A DNA stretch of 63,341 nt, counting the filler, from Octopus bimaculoides (Eukaryota): assembly GCF_001194135.2 (NCBI RefSeq). It is 6 parts of 5 records of this genome, joined end to end, with 100 filler letters (N's around TTAATTAATTAA, not from the genome) between each part and the next. Parts side by side here need not be neighbours in the genome. Positions count along the whole stretch, not along the records: positions 1 to 11,779 come from NC_069000.1; positions 11,880 to 22,948 come from NC_069000.1; 4 more parts are not named here. The stretch is one strand, 5' to 3'. Under the pieces are notes generated by a model. The model saw nothing but the letters and a program-made list of their open reading frames with translations, had not been told where the DNA came from and searched no databases. This document shows, piece after piece, positions 1 through 13,510 of the stretch. Each line of letters opens with the position of its first letter. Within the stretch, counting starts at the first letter, position 1. The position numbers and the translations under genes are program-made.

Positions 1-424
1 TATATATATATATATATATATGCTAAACATATGCTAAACATATGAAAGCCATTTCAGATGGTGCATCCGCGTTCCCATGTGAATTTCCAGGACCAGACAA
101 ATGCACTTCACCGCATATGCGTATAAAATGCATAAATGCACATACATAACAATGAAACAACACAAACACTCGTATACGGAAGTAGAAAAGAGGCACTTGT
201 GTACTGAAATGGGACGCCTGTCTACCAAATGAATACGGGTTTCCCAGCAGCACAAATATGCCTGACAGTTTTAAGTTTATCTCAACAGATTTTCTGATTG
301 AATTTAGAGCCAGCGCTAAAATTACGTTTCGTATGCGAATACGTATATGTAAACAATACGACCGAAGACAGGAAAAAGATAACGTAATGGGTGTTTATGC
401 ATATTTCAAGAGTTGTGCATATAC

Positions 425-736
425 TGAAGGAGCGTGGCTTAATGGTTAGGGAATACGAATCACAAGGTTCAATTCCCGGCGACGCGTTGTGTCCTTGAGC
501 AAAACACTTTATTTCACGTTGCTCCAGTCAACTCGGCTGGCAAAAACGAGTAGCACCTGTATTTCAAACGGCCAGTCTTGTCACATTCTGTTTCATGCTG
601 AATCTCCCTGAGAACTATGTTAAGGGTACGTGTGGCTGTGGAGTTCTCAGCCACTTGCACGTTAATTTCACGAGCAGGCTGTTCCGTTGATCGGATCAAC
701 TGTAACCCTCGTCGTCGTAACCGACGGAGTTTCAAT
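425..736 (+). mobile_element. tRNA-derived SINE, family C (head GAGCGTGGCTT..GGTTCAATTCCC, core GTCCTTGAGCAA, tail ..GTAACCGACGGAGT)
   Basis: A/B-box-like head; homologous to copies at 33785 and 42298; flanked by 9-bp direct repeat TGCATATAC (416-424, 737-745). Confidence 0.8.
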
Positions 737-1939
737 TGCATATACACACAATACCTATTATTTATTGATTCATTTATTCAATTATTTATTCATTTATTAG
801 TGGTGGTGATGGATAGATGGCTAGATGGANNNNNNNNNNNNNNNNNNNNNNNNNNNNNNNNNNNNNNNNNNNNNNNNNNNNNNNNNNNNNNNNNNNNNNN
901 NNNNNNNNNNNNNNNNNNNNNNNNNNNNNNNNNNNNNNNNNNNNNNNNNNNNNNNNNNNNNNNNNNNNNNNNNNNNNNNNNNNNNNNNNNNNNNNNNNNN
1001 NNNNNNNNNNNNNNNNNNNNNNNNNNNNNNNNNNNNNNNNNNNNNNNNNNNNNNNNNNNNNNNNNNNNNNNNNNNNNNNNNNNNNNNNNNNNNNNNNNNN
1101 NNNNNNNNNNNNNNNNNNNNNNNNNNNNNNNNNNNNNNNNNNNNNNNNNNNNNNNNNNNNNNNNNNNNNNNNNNNNNNNNNNNNNNNNNNNNNNNNNNNN
1201 NNNNNNNNNNNNNNNNNNNNNNNNNNNNNNNNNNNNNNNNNNNNNNNNNNNNNNNNNNNNNNNNNNNNNNNNNNNNNNNNNNNNNNNNNNNNNNNNNNNN
1301 NNNNNNNNNNNNNNNNNNNNNNNNNNNNNNNNNNNNNNNNNNNNNNNNNNNNNNNNNNNNNNNNNNNNNNNNNNNNNNNNNNNNNNNNNNNNNNNNNNNN
1401 NNNNNNNNNNNNNNNNNNNNNNNNNNNNNNNNNNNNNNNNNNNNNNNNNNNNNNNNNNNNNNNNNNNNNNNNNNNNNNNNNNNNNNNNNNNNNNNNNNNN
1501 NNNNNNNNNNNNNNNNNNNNNNNNNNNNNNNNNNNNNNNNNNNNNNNNNNNNNNNNNNNNNNNNNNNNNNNNNNNNNNNNNNNNNNNNNNNNNNNNNNNN
1601 NNNNNNNNNNNNNNNNNNNNNNNNNNNNNNNNNNNNNNNNNNNNNNNNNNNNNNNNNNNNNNNNNNNNNNNNNNNNNNNNNNNNNNNNNNNNNNNNNNNN
1701 NNNNNNNNNNNNNNNNNNNNNNNNNNNNNNNNNNNNNNNNNNNNNNNNNNNNNNNNNNNNNNNNNNNNNNNNNNNNNNNNNNNNNNNNNNNNNNNNNNNN
1801 NNNNNNNTCTAAATCTCTAAATGACAATCTTGCACTTCATGGGCATTTTTTATTTTTTTTATTTTATTTATTTATTTATTTATTTAGTTATTTATTTTCA
1901 GTCGCCGAAAATACATTTCCAGACGCACGAAAACAAATT

Positions 1940-1941
<2 letters not shown>

Positions 1942-2022
<81 letters not shown>

Positions 2023-2450
2023 AAGAAGAAGAAGAAGAAGAAGAAGAAGAAGAAGGAAGAGGAGGAGGAGGAGGAGGAGCAGTATGAGGAGCAGGAGGGG
2101 CAGGAGGGGCAGGACGACGACGACAATGACAGCGACAATAAGGTCACCATCATCATCATCATCATCATTACATAATTATGATCATGAAACGGTAGAAGAG
2201 GAAGAGAAGGAGGAAATGATGATGAGGAAGAGGAGGAGGAGGAGGATCAGGAGATAATAATGATAATGATGATGATGATGATGATGATGATGACAATAAT
2301 GACGATGACGACGACGATGATGATGATGATGACAGCCATGGTGATGATGGTGATGATGGTGGTGGTGATGGTGGTGATGGTGATGGTGATGGTGATGGTG
2401 ATGGTGGTTGTGATGGTTTGTTGTGGCGGCGATGGCGTTGACAATGTCTC
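1942..2450. repeat. Compound trinucleotide microsatellite (AAT)n(AAG)n(GAG)n(GAT)n(GGT)n
   Basis: Directly visible. Confidence 0.95.
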
Positions 2451-2929
2451 TCTCTCTCTCTCTACATTTGGTCGCCGACAACTCCACTGCCCTAAAAAAA
2501 CCCATTCCATCGTCTTCATTCATCCAATGGTCCCAAACCACTACACCACCAATCCTCTATACACACCCTCACACACACATCCAGCACATATCGTCACTAC
2601 ACTTCATTCAACAACAATCGTTTGCACACACACACACACACCTCAGCTCAATCACACCCTCACCCTGGACCCAAACACTCAAACACCCACCCAACCACCG
2701 AACCCCGTCTAACCCAAGGCTCCCACCCGCCCCACTCCGCTTCACTCCATTCTGCATACCTCAGATAATGATGCACCCGCATCATTCTTGCGCTGAGTAA
2801 CAAACTACATGTTGTGGCGCATTCTTCATCCTGCCCTCACCGCTATTCTAAAACCCATTCTCCAAGAATTCTCTCATATTTCGCATTCTTCGAATAACTA
2901 CGTGCAGCCATACATAGCACGCGCGTGCA

Positions 2930-3047
2930 CACACACTCACGCGCGCGCGCGCACACACACACAGACACACACGCACGCACACATGCACATACACAAGCTT
3001 TTGTCTGTGAAACCATCACACATCACTGCACAGTAGTGCATGCAGTC

Positions 3048-3093
<46 letters not shown>

Positions 3094-3127
3094 CCGTATG
3101 CATGCGTGCGTACGTGAGTATGCGCTT

Positions 3128-3159
<32 letters not shown>

Positions 3160-3240
3160 GAGGAGTGCGCGTGCCTTTGTCATCTGTTGTGAAATGTTCC
3201 GCAGCGACACACAGACAGACAGACAGACAGACAGACAATC
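2930..3240. repeat. (CA)n/(GT)n/(CAGA)n microsatellite cluster
   Basis: Directly visible. Confidence 0.9.
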
Positions 3241-3468
3241 AGACGTGCAGACGGCGGGAAAGAAGGCGAATGTAATGGTATCTTCTTGTAATAGAATTCC
3301 TGAAACATATCTGAGGCATTCTTGCAGACATGACTCACTCACTTTCACTCTCACTCGCACTCACTCACTCCTCCCACCAACCCTCGCTCGTTCATTCATC
3401 CTCTCCCCTCATCCTTTTCACTCATTCAAGCATTCACTTACATCCTTCTCCTCCTCTTTCTTCCTCTC

Positions 3469-3499
<31 letters not shown>

Positions 3500-3719
3500 G
3501 TCGTCGTCTTCTTTTCCTCCTCCTCATTCTTCCTTTTCTCCATCACCATCATGGTCTTCATCTTCGTTTCCTCCTCCTCCACACCTCCTACGTCTAAACA
3601 ATACACACTACAGTACCATCAATATTACCGCAACTAGCGCCTAAACCTTCGCCTGCACTACACCCAGAGTAGTAGTAGTAGTAGTAATAGTAGTAGTACT
3701 AGTAGCAGTGCTACCAGCA

Positions 3720-3887
3720 CTCAGCGGTTGCTCAACCTGCTAGAAATACGAGCCGAAACTCTCCCTCCGAAACTCACACCCACGCATTACTGAAGGACAC
3801 ATGAGGCGAGATTGTCCCGGATGCAACTGGAACTGTTTCGATCATAAGCTGTGCTCACTCATGGATGACCTGGGGCTAAAAGCAACC
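3720..3887 (-). mobile_element. Short interspersed repeat, family E (unclassified)
   Basis: Shares CTTGACCTGCTAGAAATAGCAGCC/CTGGGGCTAA-type motifs with diverged copies near 8590, 38830, 46190, 47350 and 49750. Confidence 0.5.
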
Positions 3888-4528
3888 CCTAAATTCCCTT
3901 CTACCATTGACACCCGCTACTATCACCATTACTTACACTGCCTCTACTGTTGCTACTGACGACGATGACGACGACGATGATGATGATGATGGTGGTGGTG
4001 GTGGTGGTGGTGGNNNNNNNNNNNNNNNNNNNNNNNNNNNNNNNNNNNNNNNNNNNNNNNNNNNNNNNNNNNNNNNNNNNNNNNNNNNNNNNNNNNNNNN
4101 NNNNNNNNNNNNNNNNNNNNNNNNNNNNNNNNNNNNNNNNNNNNNNNNNNNNNNNNNNNNNNNNNNNNNNNNNNNNNNNNNNNNNNNNNNNNNNNNNNNN
4201 NNNNNNNNNNNNNNNNNNNNNNNNNNNNNNNNNNNNNNNNNNNNNNNNNNNNNNNNNNNNNNNNNNNNNNNNNNNNNNNNNNNNNNGTTGTTGTTGTTAT
4301 TGTCACTGTTGTCGATATTGTTGTACCTGCCGTCTTTGTCGTCGTTGTTGTTGTTGTTGTTATTGTTGTTGCTGTTGTTATTGTTGTTGTTGTAGCACAT
4401 AATTTGTAATGGGAATTCCTTTATGGAAGTATGACACTCCATCTCTTTCCTTTCACTTCCCGCTTCCCCGACACATTCCAGAAAACTTGAACACAAACGA
4501 ACAGAAAAAACGGCTGCAACGAAAACTA

Positions 4529-4565
<37 letters not shown>

Positions 4566-4879
4566 ATGGCTCTCGTTCTTTGTAAGTTCTTGTCCTGGTA
4601 ATCTATATTCTGAAAACGATTTTTCTTTTCTGTTTTTTTTTTTCCTGTTTTATTCCCGCCCCCTCCCCCACTGTTATTACTTGAGCCAAGAATGAAAAAC
4701 CTGACAGGATCGGGAAGCTGTGTTGAACGATAACATTACATTATAATGCCCGCCCTAGGTTACCGGTTGTCGCTCGGCAGGTATTTGTTATCCAGCCGAT
4801 ATCAAAGGAATACTACTGCTACTACCAGTACTACTACTATTAATAATAATAGTAATAATGATAATAATAATTGGAATTG

Positions 4880-5954
4880 GAATTGTATTACCAGACGGGC
4901 AACGAATATAAGAACTTAGACATCATCCTAGAAAAGAAACCAAATGGAAGAGAAGGAAATAGAAATGCTGTTATCGAAGGAATAAAAATGGCGGCTAAAG
5001 CGAGTGTGAAGACAAAGCTGAATGGTCGGAATAAGATACTGGCTGTCAACACATGGGCCGTTGCAGCTCTGTGGTATAACGTTGGCGTGGTAGAGTGGAG
5101 GAGTGATGAGTTTAAGGAACGTGATAGAAAGACCAGGAGAATGATGATACTACAGAGGGCTCTGCATGCCAAAAGTGACGTGGGCAGGCTGTATCTATCG
5201 CGACGGAGAAAGGGAAGAGATCTCATTAGCTGTGAATTGTGTGTGAAATCTGAGGAAAATAATCTGGCATGGTATGTGAAGAATTTAAAGGAAAGATTGA
5301 TGGCAGGAGTAGGAAGGATAAAAAGTCCTGAGCAATGGTGAAACAAAAGAAAAGGGAGAATTTTAAACGAGATAGCTAGAATGACACCTTGAATAGATGG
5401 AAAGAAAAGAAAATATAGGGTCGATTCTTGTGGGGAAATACCTGAAGCACTTAACAAAGATAAGATCTGGTAATGGACATGGAGAAAGCGACTTGACAGT
5501 TGAAACTGGAGCCCTTAACTTCGCAGCCCAAGAACAGGCACTAAGGATAAACTATATCAAGTACAATATTCTTTACGATTCTAGGCACAAGGCCCGATAT
5601 TTTTGGGGAAGGGGCCAGTCGATTAGATCGACACCAGTACGCAACTGGTACTTAATTTATCGACAAGGCAAAGTCGACCTCGGCGGAATTTGAACTCAGA
5701 ACGTAAAGACAGACGAAATCCCGCTAAGCATTTCGCCCGCTAAGCATAACGTTTATCAAGTTCAGAATTTTTTCTACTCTAGGCACAAGGCCCGATATTT
5801 TTGGGGAAGGNNNNNNNNNNNNNNNNNNNNNNNNNNNNNNNNNNNNNNNNNNNNNNNNNNNNNNNNNNNNNNNNNNNNNNNNNNNNNNNNNNNNNNNNNN
5901 NNNNNNNNNNNNNNNNNNNNNNNNNNNGGTGGTGGTATTGGTGATGATGATGAT

Positions 5955-5987
<33 letters not shown>

Positions 5988-6720
5988 TACAACTACTACG
6001 ACGACGACTACTATGACGACGACAAACGATGATGATGAAGATCGCCGCTCTAGAAGAAGGCAGTCGGACAAATCTGAGAAAGGCAAAGCTCAACATCTGA
6101 GTCAGACACCAAATGTAGAATCTCCAGCAAAAGGAGACGAACGTTTCAATCTTTACTTCAATGAGTGCAGTATACTAGCACAAAAAGAGAATAAGCGCAG
6201 GCACGACTGTATAGGCAAAAGAATGTATTGAGTTGTTAGCCGAGTGTGTGGCACCAAAGCATTAGAAAGGTGGTATGAACACGAACCAGAGCCTGTAGGA
6301 GATGAGAATTACAAGATCTTATTAGACTTCTTCGTGAAGAGTGACCACCCTACTGAAGCAAGACCAGATATGATTATAGAAGACAACACATTAAGAGATA
6401 AACAGTGCAAGATCATAGATTTAGCAATTCCTTTTGATAGCAGAGTTGAAACCAAAGAAATTGGAAAAAAAAGTTGAGAAATGGCCAGAGAACCGAGGAA
6501 TCTGTGGAAGGCCAAGACAATTATCTTTATAGCAAATTGGTGCACTTGGCAGAACGCCCAAAATGCTATTTAAGAGTCTGAAAGAGATTGGAAGTGAAAT
6601 TTGTATTTTTCAACTTGCAGAAAAGTACTATCCTGTAATCTGCAAAAAAAAAAACGAAGAAAGATTCTTGAGATTCGAAGAGATTTGTTGCCACCAAAAC
6701 TTCAAGATGAAATATCTACT
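4880..6720 (+). mobile_element. 5'-truncated, degenerate R4/Dong-like RLE non-LTR retrotransposon (copy 1), interrupted by a SINE, a gap and a microsatellite
   Basis: KTKLNGRNKILAVNTWAV..DRKTRR..ALHAKSDVGRLYLSRRRKG (RT C-terminal region); ECSILAQKENKRRHD and WYEHEPEPV..ARPD..CKIIDLAIPFD (zinc-knuckle remnant and RLE endonuclease); stops and frameshifts present. Confidence 0.85.
5578..5810 (-). mobile_element. tRNA-derived SINE, family A (nested in R4 copy 1; start repeated just before gap)
   Basis: GTCGACCTCGGCGGAATTTGAACTCAGAACG motif shared with about 15 copies in the window. Confidence 0.8.
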
Positions 6721-6725
6721 AATTA

Positions 6726-6879
6726 CCGTATTTTAAAGGGTATAAGGAACCCTTTTTTGTCAAGAATTAGGTTAAAAAATTTGGTATACATGGATAGTAT
6801 CCTAACCCCTTACAAAACCATTTTTTCCAAATTTTAAACCTCAAAAATTAGGAGGTTCCTTATACATATTAAAATACAG
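6726..6879. mobile_element. Tc1/mariner-superfamily (pogo/Tc2-type) MITE
   Basis: TIRs CCGTATTTTAAAGGGTATAAGGAACC (6726-6751) vs reverse complement of 6854-6879 match 22/26; TA on both sides. Confidence 0.8.
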
Positions 6880-6900
6880 TATATTAGCATGTACTAGCTT

Positions 6901-6931
6901 AATAATAATAATGATGATGATGATAACAATG

Positions 6932-6984
<53 letters not shown>

Positions 6985-7310
6985 GAATATATGGAGATGA
7001 TATAGAGAGATATCAGGACAATACAAGAAGAGAAGGGAAAGAGAGAAGCAGTGTAAGGAGAACAGAATCAATATTATGAAGATTAATTGTGATGATGATG
7101 ATGATGATGATGATGACGGTGACGACGACGATGACGATGAAAACGATGGTAATGATGATAATGATGATGACGACGGTGATGACGAAAATGTTGGCGATGA
7201 CGATGACGATGACGATGAAGGTGATTCAAGTCATTATGATGATGATGGCGATGATGATGGCGATGACGACGACGACGACGACGACGACGACGATGATAAT
7301 GAACTGTAAG
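6901..7310. repeat. (TAA)n and (GAT/GAC)n microsatellites
   Basis: Directly visible. Confidence 0.9.
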
Positions 7311-8279
7311 AGTTGTATGAACGGAAATGTTAATGTCAATAGAGGGCTGTAATTTCTCTTGANNNNNNNNNNNNNNNNNNNNNNNNNNNNNNNNNNNNNN
7401 NNNNNNNNNNNNNNNNNNNNNNNNNNNNNNNNNNNNNNNNNNNNNNNNNNNNNNNNNNNNNNNNNNNNNNNNNNNNNNNNNNNNNNNNNNNNNNNNNNNN
7501 NNNNNNNNNNNNNNNNNNNNNNNNNNNNNNNNNNNNNNNNNNNNNNNNNNNNNNNNNNNNNNNNNNNNNNNNNNNNNNNNNNNNNNNNNNNNNNNNNNNN
7601 NNNNNNNNNNNNNNNNNNNNNNNNNNNNNNNNNNNNNNNNNNNNNNNNNNNNNNNNNNNNNNNNNNNNNNNNNNNNNNNNNNNNNNNNNNNNNNNNNNNN
7701 NNNNNNNNNNNNNNNNNNNNNNNNNNNNNNNNNNNNNNNNNNNNNNNNNNNNNNNNNNNNNNNNNNNNNNNNNNNNNNNNNNNNNNNNNNNNNNNNNNNN
7801 NNNNNNNNNNNNNNNNNNNNNNNNNNNNNNNNNNNNNNNNNNNNNNNNNNNNNNNNNNNNNNNNNNNNNNNNNNNNNNNNNNNNNNNNNNNNNNNNNNNN
7901 NNNNNNNNNNNNNNNNNNNNNNNNNNNNNNNNNNNNNNNNNNNNNNNNNNNNNNNNNNNNNNNNNNNNNNNNNNNNNNNNNNNNNNNNNNNNNNNNNNNN
8001 NNNNNNNNNNNNNNNNNNNNNNNNNNNNNNNNNNNNNNNNNNNNNNNNNNNNNNNNNNNNNNNNNNNNNNNNNNNNNNNNNNNNNNNNNNNNNNNNNNNN
8101 NNNNNNNNNNNNNNNNNNNNNNNNNNNNNNNNNNNNNNNNNNNNNNNNNNNNNNNNNNNNNNNNNNNNNNNNNNNNNNNNNNNNNNNNNNNNNNNNNATA
8201 TATATATGTATACGTGTGCGGGGTGGGGTGTATTTATAGATGTATCTATATGTATGTATCTTTACATTTGTACTCGTTC

Positions 8280-8580
8280 ATCTACCACCGCTTGACAGCC
8301 GGTGTAGACTTGCTTACGTCCCCATAACTTAACGGTTCGACAAATATTGTGTGCGTGTATGTGTGTGTGTGTATTCCACTACACCGCTTGATAAACGGTG
8401 TTGGTGAGTTTACGTCCTAATAACTTAGCGATCCGGCAAAAGGTTCTATAGAAGTACCAGGCTTAAAAAAAAAAAAAAGAAGTATTGGGGTCGATTCATT
8501 CGCCTAAAAAATTCTTCAAACCGATGCTCCAGCACGGCCGCAGTTTAAAGGCTGGAGCGAATAAAACAAATAAAAGATAG
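8280..8580 (+). mobile_element. Two partial tails of SINE family B
   Basis: CGCTTGACA..GGTGT..TTTACGTCC..TAACTTAGCG and CTCCAGCACGGCCGCAG motifs shared with 41311-41706. Confidence 0.65.
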
Positions 8581-8804
8581 ATATACGAGAGAAGAGGTCA
8601 CAGCTGGAACGGCTCTGATCAAAGGAACTTCACGGTCAGAGCTGACCTGAGATTAAACAGCCACTTCAATAGAACCACCGTTAACCATTTCTAACCATTA
8701 ATTAACTATTCCAACCACAATTCCAGCTGCTATTATTCCTGTTGTCTCTGGGATAGAGTTCCTTTCGACTATACACGCTTGTAATGCTTAATGTATGTAT
8801 TTAA

Positions 8805-8810
8805 GAGGGT

Positions 8811-8848
<38 letters not shown>

Positions 8849-9002
8849 ATTACACTCTTTCTCTCTCTCCCTCTCTCTTCCTCTTTCTACCTCTCTCTCT
8901 CCCCGTTACTCTCTCTTTCTCTTTTCATTTTACTCCGACTATATCTCCTTTATCTTTTATCTTTTCCTCTCTCCATCCTGCTCTCTGTTCTTCCGACCCT
9001 GC

Positions 9003-9052
<50 letters not shown>

Positions 9053-9794
9053 CCATCAATCAATCTATCTCTCTGTCTCCTTTCCATTTGTCCTTCTAAC
9101 CTCGGATATCAAAAGGTCACGTTTAATGTTGCTTGCTCATGTCTTTGGCCTAATTCTTCCTACTCGCCAAAATCAGACCAACCAAACAATGTTTGGCATC
9201 ATTTTTGTTCACCAAAGCCTAAAGAACTTGAAGACTGTCTTTCGAAACTTTAAATTTCTTGCAGAACTTCTCGGCTTTTTACTTAATCAATCAATCCACC
9301 AATCTATCTATCTAGTTTATCTATCTATTGNNNNNNNNNNNNNNNNNNNNNNNNNNNNNNNNNNNNNNNNNNNNNNNNNNNNNNNNNNNNNNNNNNNNNN
9401 NNNNNNNNNNNNNNNNNNNNNNNNNNNNNNNNNNNNNNNNNNGAAGACTGTCTTTCGAAACTTTAAATTTCTTGCAGAACTTCTCGGCTTTTTACTTAAT
9501 CAATCAATCCACCAATCTATCTATCTAGTTTATCTATCTATTGTCTATCTATCTTTATGTATATAATTCTATCTATCTCTCCGTCTATCTGTCTGTCTGT
9601 CTGTCTATCTGTCTATCTATCTATCTGTCTATCTGTTTGTCTATCTATCTGTCTATCTATCTATCTACCTATCTATCTATCCATCTCTCTCTCTCTCTCT
9701 CCGTCTATCTATCTATCTGTCTATGTCTGTCTATCTATCTGTCTATCTCTCCGTCTATCTATCTATCTGTCTGTCTATTTGTCTATCATTCTAT

Positions 9795-9843
<49 letters not shown>

Positions 9844-9883
9844 CTATCTCTCTCTATCTTTCTGTCTATCTACCTGCGTATCT

Positions 9884-9919
<36 letters not shown>

Positions 9920-9970
9920 GTAACCATCATCGTCACCATCACCATCATCACTACCATCATCATCGTCATT
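8805..9970. repeat. (CT)n, (TCTA)n and (CAT)n low-complexity tract spanning a gap
   Basis: Directly visible. Confidence 0.85.
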
Positions 9971-10062
9971 AACTGCTCGTCAGTTACCCCCCCCCAGGTA
10001 TCAGTATTGGGTTAAACAGTACCAAAACACACAAACAAGACCCTGTACACACACCACACACA

Positions 10063-10100
<38 letters not shown>

Positions 10101-10139
10101 CGGATTGCCGTTTTATCGCTCCCGTGTCTGGCAAAAACG

Positions 10140-10211
10140 GCAACAAAATGAATCAGAGACGCAACTGGTACTTAATTTATCGACCCCGAAAGGATGAAAG
10201 GCAAAGTCGAC
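10140..10211 (-). mobile_element. SINE family A fragment, truncated by gap
   Basis: GCAACTGGTACTTAATTTATCGACCCCGAAAGGATGAAAGGCAAAGTCGAC. Confidence 0.8.
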
Positions 10212-11484
10212 NNNNNNNNNNNNNNNNNNNNNNNNNNNNNNNNNNNNNNNNNNNNNNNNNNNNNNNNNNNNNNNNNNNNNNNNNNNNNNNNNNNNNNNNN
10301 NNNNNNNNNNNNNNNNNNNNNNNNNNNNNNNNNNNNNNNNNNNNNNNNNNNNNNNNNNNNNNNNNNNNNNNNNNNNNNNNNNNNNNNNNNNNNNNNNNNN
10401 NNNNNNNNNNNNNNNNNNNNNNNNNNNNNNNNNNNNNNNNNNNNNNNNNNNNNNNNNNNNNNNNNNNNNNNNNNNNNNNNNNNNNNNNNNNNNNNNNNNN
10501 NNNNNNNNNNNNNNNNNNNNNNNNNNNNNNNNNNNNNNNNNNNNNNNNNNNNNNNNNNNNNNNNNNNNNNNNNNNNNNNNNNNNNNNNNNNNNNNNNNNN
10601 NNNNNNNNNNNNNNNNNNNNNNNNNNNNNNNNNNNNNNNNNNNNNNNNNNNNNNNNNNNNNNNNNNNNNNNNNNNNNNNNNNNNNNNNNNNNNNNNNNNN
10701 NNNNNNNNNNNNNNNNNNNNNNNNNNNNNNNNNNNNNNNNNNNNNNNNNNNNNNNNNNNNNNNNNNNNNNNNNNNNNNNNNNNNNNNNNNNNNNNNNNNN
10801 NNNNNNNNNNNNNNNNNNNNNNNNNNNNNNNNNNNNNNNNNNNNNNNNNNNNNNNNNNNNNNNNNNNNNNNNNNNNNNNNNNNNNNNNNNNNNNNNNNNN
10901 NNNNNNNNNNNNNNNNNNNNNNNNNNNNNNNNNNNNNNNNNNNNNNNNNNNNNNNNNNNNNNNNNNNNNNNNNNNNNNNNNNNNNNNNNNNNNNNNNNNN
11001 NNNNNNNNNNNNNNNNGGGGGGGGGCGAAACATCACAAACAACAACAACAACAACAGCAACGACACAAACAACGTCAGTGCTACAACCACATCTAACTCG
11101 ATACAAATGAACTCCACTACACCACCCCGACACACCACCACTACTACTACTGCTGCTGCTACTGCTGCTATGATTACTACTACTAATACTACTACTACTA
11201 CGATTACTACCACTACAAGTGCCAACACAACCACAAAAGTACTATCGCCAACACCACCACAGTTACCCATTAACGCAAATACCACTCCAGCTAGCACCGA
11301 TACAACACGAACACATTCCTACTACAACAACCTCCACCTATACTGTTGTTTTGCTTAACTGCACTCTAAACACGCAGCCTCATCGTAAGCAGCACTATAC
11401 TACCGCCAATACTGCTGCAAACACGACTACTACTACTACTAGTACCAATACCACTATCACTACTACACCCGAAACCACTACTGC

Positions 11485-12120
11485 ATTCTCTCTCTCTCTT
11501 TCTCTCTCACTATCCGTCTCCCTCTTTCTCTCATTCTGCCTCTCTCTCTCTCTTTCTCTACCTCTCTCTCTCCCTATCTCTCTCTCCCTATCTCTCTCTC
11601 TCTCTCTCTCTCTCTCTTCCTATCTCTTTCTCTGTGTATCTATCTTTCTCTCTCTCTCTGTGCCTATATCTCTCTCCCTCTTTCTTCCTCTCTCTCTCTC
11701 TCTCTCTCTCTCTACTTATATCTTTCTCCTTTCTGTCTCTTCCTATTTCTCTCCCCCTCTCCTTCTCTCGCTTCTTATTNNNNNNNNNNNNNNNNNNNNN
11801 NNNNNNNNNNNNNNNNNNNNNNNTTAATTAATTAANNNNNNNNNNNNNNNNNNNNNNNNNNNNNNNNNNNNNNNNNNNNATATATATATATATATACATA
11901 GACATATATGAATATATGATACCGGATAAAAAACCATAAGGCAAATGGGGGAAGGACTGTAAATGGAAGAGGAAGTATAGAAACTATGTGACACAGAGAC
12001 AGCGGCAGAGAGAGAAAGAGAGAGTGAGAGAGAGAGAGAGAGAGTGAGAGAGAGAGAGGAGAGAGAGAGAGGGAGAGAGAGAGGGAGAGAGAGATTGAAT
12101 GTGGAAAGAAAATAAGATAA
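11485..12120. repeat. (CT)n then (GA)n tracts either side of a placeholder gap
   Basis: Directly visible. Confidence 0.85.
11780..11879. other. Assembly placeholder gap: 44 N + TTAATTAATTAA + 44 N
   Basis: Identical 100-bp layout at five places; the palindromic linker has TAA in all six frames. Confidence 0.95.
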
Positions 12121-12669
12121 GGCATGATAACGAAAAATAAGTTAATGAGAGAGATTATGGGAGGGGGGAGGAGAGAAACGGTAGCTGAGGTTACCTCCCC
12201 TTCCTCATACTTTTCGCTGATGAGATTACATTAAATTTCGTACGTCAGACATGGTAAGATTATCTCCCCTATCATCTTTAGCGTCAGAAGAGATAACTAC
12301 ATTCCACACAGACTGATATCGCTTCTGTCTTCATGTTAACATCATCTACCTCTTCGTTTCTGTCTCTGTTTATGTCTCTCTCTCCCTCTCTCTTTCTGTC
12401 TGTCTCTCTCTCTCTCTCTCTCACTCTCTCTCGCTCTCTCACTCTGTGACTCTGTGTCTGTCTCTCTGTCTCCCTCTCTCTGTATCAGAAAATGAGGATG
12501 TGGGAAAGCGAATTAGTATGTGGTTGTATATATATGCATGTATTTCTGGCTTAAATTTAATATTGATATTCACATAATCTCTTGTAAACGTACATACGCG
12601 CACAGAAACATATGTATGTCTGTATATATATGCAAGCATGCATGTATGTATGTATGTATGTATGTATGT

Positions 12670-13370
12670 ATTGTAGATGTACACGTAGATCCTGCTTAGC
12701 TGTCATTGGACTTAAATGGACACCACAATGAGGATTGGGGGTGTTCTCGCCATGAAGAACCGGAAACAAAGGTTGCTTCATCAGGAATATGACAGAAGTG
12801 TGTGAGAATAAATCCCGAAGCAGTGAGTAATGAACAAATAATTTACAGTTAGTAAAACAAGATGTTCGATGCATTGTAGGAATGGTTACTGCTGTGCCAG
12901 ACTTAATTTCATGGCTGCACAGATAACGAATGGGTCAAAAAATTTCCATCATTCTTTGGTGTGGCCCAGCCAAAGGCGTTTTAGTGGGGGTGAAATTGAG
13001 CGTGAGAATATCTGCTGAGATGGCAGAAGCCAGTACGGAAATGAAAGATGTGAAAGGTGTATTGCTGAACACAGTCTTGGCTGTGGGAGATTTGAAAACA
13101 ATGGGTGTCCTACCACCCCACGAAAAAGGAGAAGCGAGATATAAAAGGCGAAGAACAGGCAACTAAAGTAGTAAAGTTAAGGTGAGCATGGGTTTTTGAA
13201 GGGACACCCCCATGACTGATGAGATTGAAGTGAATAAATGGTTAATGTTCTTGATGAATAACTGTTAGTTGATAGCTACGAGGAAAGGTGTAGGAAAAAA
13301 ACAAGGTTTGTGGTTAATGTGGGCCAGGAATGGAGACAATATAGGGCACAAAAGGAAGGGAGAAGAGAGA
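12670..13370 (-). mobile_element. Probable degenerate Penelope-like element 3' region (GIY-YIG C-terminus plus terminal repeat)
   Basis: Weak peptide resemblance across frames (RSYQLT, HFNLISHGVS, TL..SRFSFF) and a downstream CCTGATGAAG; heavily mutated. Confidence 0.35.
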
Positions 13371-13431
13371 AGAGAGAGAGCCTGATTTGGAGGTGACATA
13401 AAATCAACGAGATCCGAGGGATAGAGGCCAT

Positions 13432-13447
13432 AGTAGTAGTAGAAGCT

Positions 13448-13510
<63 letters not shown>
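13432..13510. repeat. (TAG)n microsatellite
   Basis: Directly visible. Confidence 0.95.

Noticed and set aside
42-149. Short frame MKAISDGASAFPCEFPGPDKC resembling a C2H2 zinc-finger start
   Set aside because: The second Cys of CxxxxC and the His pair are absent, the frame is only 35 codons, and there is no supporting neighbour.
9230-9543. 101-bp exact direct repeat (9230-9330 and 9443-9543)
   Set aside because: The copies flank an N gap on either side, which is the pattern of an unmerged contig overlap.
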